DNA from: Macrostomum lignano
Taxonomy: Eukaryota
Assembly: GCA_002269645.1 (NCBI GenBank)
Contig: NIVC01004577.1
Location: 1-41,432 of the forward strand
Length of the DNA: 41,432 nucleotides
Reading direction: 5' to 3'
Positions 37,115 to 41,432 of the stretch are shown here, one piece after another. Below the pieces are notes generated by a model. The model was not told the DNA's origin and did not search any database. It saw nothing but the letters and a program-made list of their open reading frames with translations. Position 1 is the first letter of the stretch, and each line of letters starts with the position of its first letter. The position numbers were made by a program, and so were the translations under genes.

Positions 37115-38245
37115 AGAAAAACTTCCAGCTCGAAATCTATTCGCATTTCTGGCCAGCTGCTCAGCAGTTGAGGATTTACTCCTAAAAATCATCGCGCAGA
37201 GAGTCGGCAATCAAAGCACCTTCAGCTATTTCTGCTGCTGGCTCGAATCGGCATCGCTTCGCCTCGTTTTTACTTCCCAATGCATCTCTCTTAATTCCAG
37301 CTGCTTTGTCAGCATGACAGATCTGTGTGGCCGCTCACATGGAAAACACCATCAGCAGTCTGCCTCACTGAGCCATTGCACTTCAAGTCTTCATTGCGGA
37401 CGATGCACTTCCAATAATTGCAGCCAGCTTTGCCTCCGTTCCGCCCTAGAAGATATCCAAACGAGGATACAAGGAGATCACCACCGCGTTTACTAATACC
37501 GCGTTTCAGCTCAAAATGTTCTTGCTGCGACTCAAGCTGCACTTCAACGAGTGGCGTCGGATCCTGTAGTCCATCGTAATTTCGATCCGCGGCAGCACCG
37601 GCGTGGACAGCTGCAGGTGGATCGGCGGCAGCACCGGCGGGAAAGCTGCAGGTTGGATCGGCGGCAGCACCGGCGTGGACAGCTGCAGGTTGGATCGGCG
37701 GCAGCACCGGCGTGGACAGCTGCAGGTGGATCGGCGGCAGCACCGGCGTGGACAGCTGCAGGTGGATCGGCGGCAGCACACCGGCGTGGACAGCTGCAGG
37801 TGGATCGGCGGCAGCACCGGCGTGGACAGCTGCAGGTGGATCGGCGGCAGCACCGGCGTGGACAGCTGCAGGTGGATCGGCGGCAGCACCGGCGTGGACA
37901 GCTGCAGGTGGGATCGGCGGCAGCACCGGCGTGGACAGCTGCAGGTGGCATCGGCGGCAGCACCGGCGTGGACAGCTGCAGGTTGGATCGGCGGCAGCAC
38001 CGGCGTGGAAAGCTGCAGGTTGGATCGGCGGCAGCACCGGCGTGGACAGCTGCAGGTGGATCGGCGGCAGCACCGGCGTGGACAGCTGCAGGTGGATCGG
38101 CGGCAGCACCGGCGTGGACAGCTGCAGGTTGGATCGGCGGCAGCACCGGCGTGGACAGCTGCAAGTGGATCGCGGCAGCACCGGCGTGGACAGCTGCAGG
38201 TGGATCGGCGGCAGCACCGGCGTGCATGGGCTGCTGGTAGATTGG
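37115..38245 (-). pseudogene. Degenerate Mutator-like (MULE) transposase fragment with FLYWCH zinc finger; DDE domain absent
   Basis: FELKRGISKRGGDLLVSSFGYLLG..NYWKCIVRNEDLKCNGSVRQ..HVSGH (FLYWCH). Then, across frameshifts and stops, CHADKAAG..RFEPAAEIAE..TAEQLARNANRFRA, similar to the LARxANRxR motif of invertebrate MULEs. Confidence 0.7.
37588..38225. repeat. 36/37-bp GC-rich minisatellite (GCAGCACCGGCGTGGACAGCTGCAGGTGGATCGGCG)n
   Basis: About 17 copies; the minus strand can read PPAAVHAGAAAD, directly upstream of the FLYWCH domain. Confidence 0.95.
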
Positions 38246-38711
38246 CGGCGGCTGTCGGCACCTACCAAGTTTGGTATCATGTATTTCATTTCGACAATTT
38301 TTTCACTGACATACACATACACTGCATATATATGCCTTTTCTTAAAAAGGATTGAAATAACGATAATTATCAATTACTTTGCATACCTTTTCCCATTACA
38401 GCGGGAGCAAATCCAGATATATGAAGCGTCGTCTTCTAGAATCTGACGATACTCCTTTTGGCTTATGCCTGAACCAATATTTGGTGCTGCCTGACTGCAA
38501 TCATCACATTGCAAAGCTTGCTGTCGAGTGCTCACACACTTTCTACAAATGACAACAGATGCAGGTCTTGCATCAGAGAAATTTTGAATGAGAATAACTA
38601 TTCACCGTTTTTTTTCTTTATCAAATTTTTAACAGCTTCCGTTCCATGCCACTGTTTTTAGTTAAGCTTTCTCATTTTAGGTGTATATTGTAAAATAGTT
38701 TGTTAAAATGA

Positions 38712-38931
38712 TGAAAGACCCATATACATGCAGCGCTTTATTATAACAAATGTTAATTCGGACAGAGAAGTTGTCCATACAGAGGCAGCTCCCCAGTCCC
38801 CAGCTCCCCTAGTCCCCACCCCACTCCTCATCCCCACCCCATTTCCCAGCAGACGAACAGTTTTAGAAGGAAAGGGCGTTTCGTCTACTCAGCAGACGAA
38901 CTGTCGGCAGACGAATGAACTGCAGGAAACC
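38712..38931 (-). repeat. Right copy of the inverted-repeat pair
   Basis: Reverse complement aligns by eye to 35355-35550. Confidence 0.65.
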
Positions 38932-40054
38932 GGCCTCGGTAGGCATACTAAATCAGTAAATGTATACTAAACTATATATAGTATACTAAACAACGTCAAC
39001 TGCCTCACGGACACGGTATCGTCCAACTCTTTAGTTGGCGTCGGCGATAGTGACAGCTCGTGGTCTCGTGACGGGCGGGCATGGCCGTGCACTTTTAAGG
39101 GGCCACATTTTTAAATACTTTTTCACTGCAACAGACGTTTTATTATCTCTTTTTAGGGTGTTTGCAGTCAAAAATTTTTAGCACGTTACAGAAATTTTTG
39201 TAGATTAAATCACATATTTTTGGATTAAAAGCAAAACATGTGTTAAAAATAGACTGGAAACAGTGTAAATTTAAATATCCGATTACAATGTTCAAGCTAG
39301 CTATAATCTATATATCCGATCGATCGAATTGCGTTCAAGTTACAAGTTACAAAGTTGTTTGTTACCACCCTACCGTGATCGACTAGAAGGGATAATATCA
39401 TAATATGTACCCTACCGCTCTTCTCTAAGACATCTAGTGCATCATTCAATGCGCTTTACAAAAACGGCAATTTAAATTATCTTTCATTTGTCTTTGGCTT
39501 AGGGTTTGTAGCTTCAACCTTCAATAGGCCTAATAAATAACATTTTTGCAATTTTATAATATAGGACCTTTTTGGACGCCACGCCAATAGCATTTTGCAT
39601 ACAAAAACTTTGTTTATGTGTCACAAGTAAAATTCCTAAAAATTTTCAAATAAATCATAATAACTTCCAGTTTTTTCATTACACAAGATTCTTTCTTATA
39701 AAAAGTCTACACAATTATAAATTATACTTGTTTATTAACTATATGTGCCCAAGTATGCCCACACTCCAAGATCATGTAGTATATGTATATGCCCAAAAAT
39801 TTGGGCATACATTTACCATGCACACCAAAATTTGGTATGCACAATTGGTATACATCACTTCTAAGAAAATATACCTAGCGTGCACTTTATAGCATCATGC
39901 AGAAGAGTTATTGTAAAGTAAAAAAAGGTTAAGAAGTTCATTTTCAAATGTAAATGTCCCACTTTTCAGGTTTTTAAGCTTGTAATAAGGCATTTAAACA
40001 AATTTTTGCATGTATCAATTTTCCACAATAAATATTTTTATTTTTAGTTTAAAA

Positions 40055-40090
40055 CTAGCAATCTAGTGTGGCCCCCCTTCGGGGCGCCCA
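40055..40090 (-). mobile_element. Possible Helitron-type 3' terminus
   Basis: Minus strand: GC hairpin gccccgaaggggggc followed about 12 nt later by CTAG|T. Confidence 0.35.
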
Positions 40091-40339
40091 ATAAGAAAGG
40101 AGCAAAAATAGTTCATGGAAAACAATAAAAAAACATTTTCTTAAACACCAATTCCTTTTTCACATTTTAAAAATCACCTTATTCGTGTAAAATTGTCATG
40201 GACTAAGATGTTTGCAAAATTAAAAAATCACTTTTTCTCTAAAATTAACAAACAGTCAACAAAATATCGTTTCCCTAAATAGAAAATATTCCCAAAACAG
40301 CAAGCAACCCCCTCCAAAAGTGAACAATCGCAGATAGCA

Positions 40340-40680
40340 AGCATCCTCTAATGCTCATAGCAAGAATCACCACAGATAGCAAGCATCTGCAGATTAGCAA
40401 GCACCCCAGATATTATAAAAGCATCCACCCAGATAGCAAGCATTCTGCAAATAGCAAGCACCCCCCAGATATTATAGAAGCATCCTGCACATAGCAAGCA
40501 CCCCCCAGATATTATAGAAGCATCCACCCAGATAGCAAGCATCCTGCAGATAGCAAGAATCCCTAAATAGCAAGCATCCCTGGATAGAAAGAATCCCATG
40601 CATGTAGCCAGTACCCCCTCTCCCAAATAGCAAGTATCCCCCCTCGAGAGCAAGCATCCACAAGACAGCAAGTAGCTAAT
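40340..40680. repeat. Degenerate tandem repeat built on GATAGCAAGCATCC / CAGATATTATAGAAGCATCC
   Basis: Read directly. Confidence 0.75.
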
Positions 40681-40789
40681 GCAAATAATATTTCCGCTAA
40701 TGCAATAATCGCTTTCTCAGGTTGTGCAACAATCCACGTCTCAGCAAGCACAATAATCTCTTTTTTAGACAGCGCAGTAATCAGCTTCT

Positions 40790-41432
40790 CAGCTAGTGCA
40801 ATAATCCTTGGTTTATTAATAGCAATAATCCTTGATTAATCAAGTGCAATAATCCTTGGTTTATCAAGTGCAATAATCCTTGGTTTATCAAGTGCAGTAA
40901 TCTTTGGCTTATCAAGTGCAATAATCCTTGGTTTATCAAGTGCAATAATCCTTTGTTTATCAAGTGCAATAATCCTTGGTTTATCAAGTGCAATAATCCT
41001 TGGTTTATCAAGTGCAATAATCCTTGGTTTATCAAGCGCAGTAATCTTTGGCCTATCAAGTGCAATAATCCTTGGTTTATCAAGTGCAATAATCCTTGGT
41101 TTATCAAGTGCAATAATCCTTGGTTTATCTAGCGCAGTAATCCTTGCTTATCAAGTGCAATAATCATTGGTTTATCAAGTGCAATATTTGTTTATCAAGT
41201 GCAATAATCCTTGGTTTATCAAGTGAAATAATCCTTGTTTATCAAGTGCAATAGTCCTTGGCTTATCAACTGCAATAATCCTTGTTTATCAAGTGCAATA
41301 ATCCTTGGTTTATCAAGCACAGTAATCCTTGGCCTATCAAGTGCAATATTTGTTTATCAAGTGCAATAATCCTTGGCTTATCAACTGCAATAATCCTTGG
41401 TTTATCAAGTGCAATAATCCTTGTTTATCAAG
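40790..41432. repeat. 24-bp minisatellite (TATCAAGTGCAATAATCCTTGGTT)n running off the window end
   Basis: More than 25 copies. Confidence 0.95.

Noticed and set aside
37506-38446. Six overlapping 220-350-aa ORFs
   Set aside because: GC-rich 36/37-bp repeat open in all frames; only the FLYWCH portion is meaningful.
40793-41113. LHLINQGL repeat ORF (LRR-like appearance)
   Set aside because: Translation of a 24-bp satellite; the 8-aa period does not fit an LRR.

Overview
Eukaryotic (invertebrate) genomic DNA, not prokaryotic: GC-rich exons with GT-AG introns, embedded in AT-rich DNA, minisatellites and nested transposon remnants. The architecture and a recognisable RTE-type LINE peptide (..LPDRQRAALFQAVIETVLLYNAETWTL..) suggest a free-living flatworm such as Macrostomum (inference only). 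Four host genes can be reconstructed by hand. (1) The first exon of a TTC24-like TPR gene (-, 190-628, one frameshift). (2) A predicted secreted protein with a PAN/Apple domain, a Thr-rich mucin stalk and an ALK/LTK-type glycine-rich domain (+, 2966-7370). (3) A complete two-exon, 149-aa neuropeptide precursor releasing eight FRWamide peptides (-, 17280-17839); the ORF track misses its signal-peptide exon and it superficially looks like a 30-bp satellite. (4) A five-exon, 711-aa RRM plus degenerate multi-Tudor protein (-, 29251-33199). The rest is TE and repeat material: a LINE nested in a LINE and a LINE nested in a mariner (both with TSDs), a CORE-type SINE, an RT/RNaseH-less Ty3/gypsy element inside a 43-bp satellite, a MULE/FLYWCH relic, foldback elements and about ten distinct tandem-repeat families. 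All domain calls are by eye; no database searches were run.
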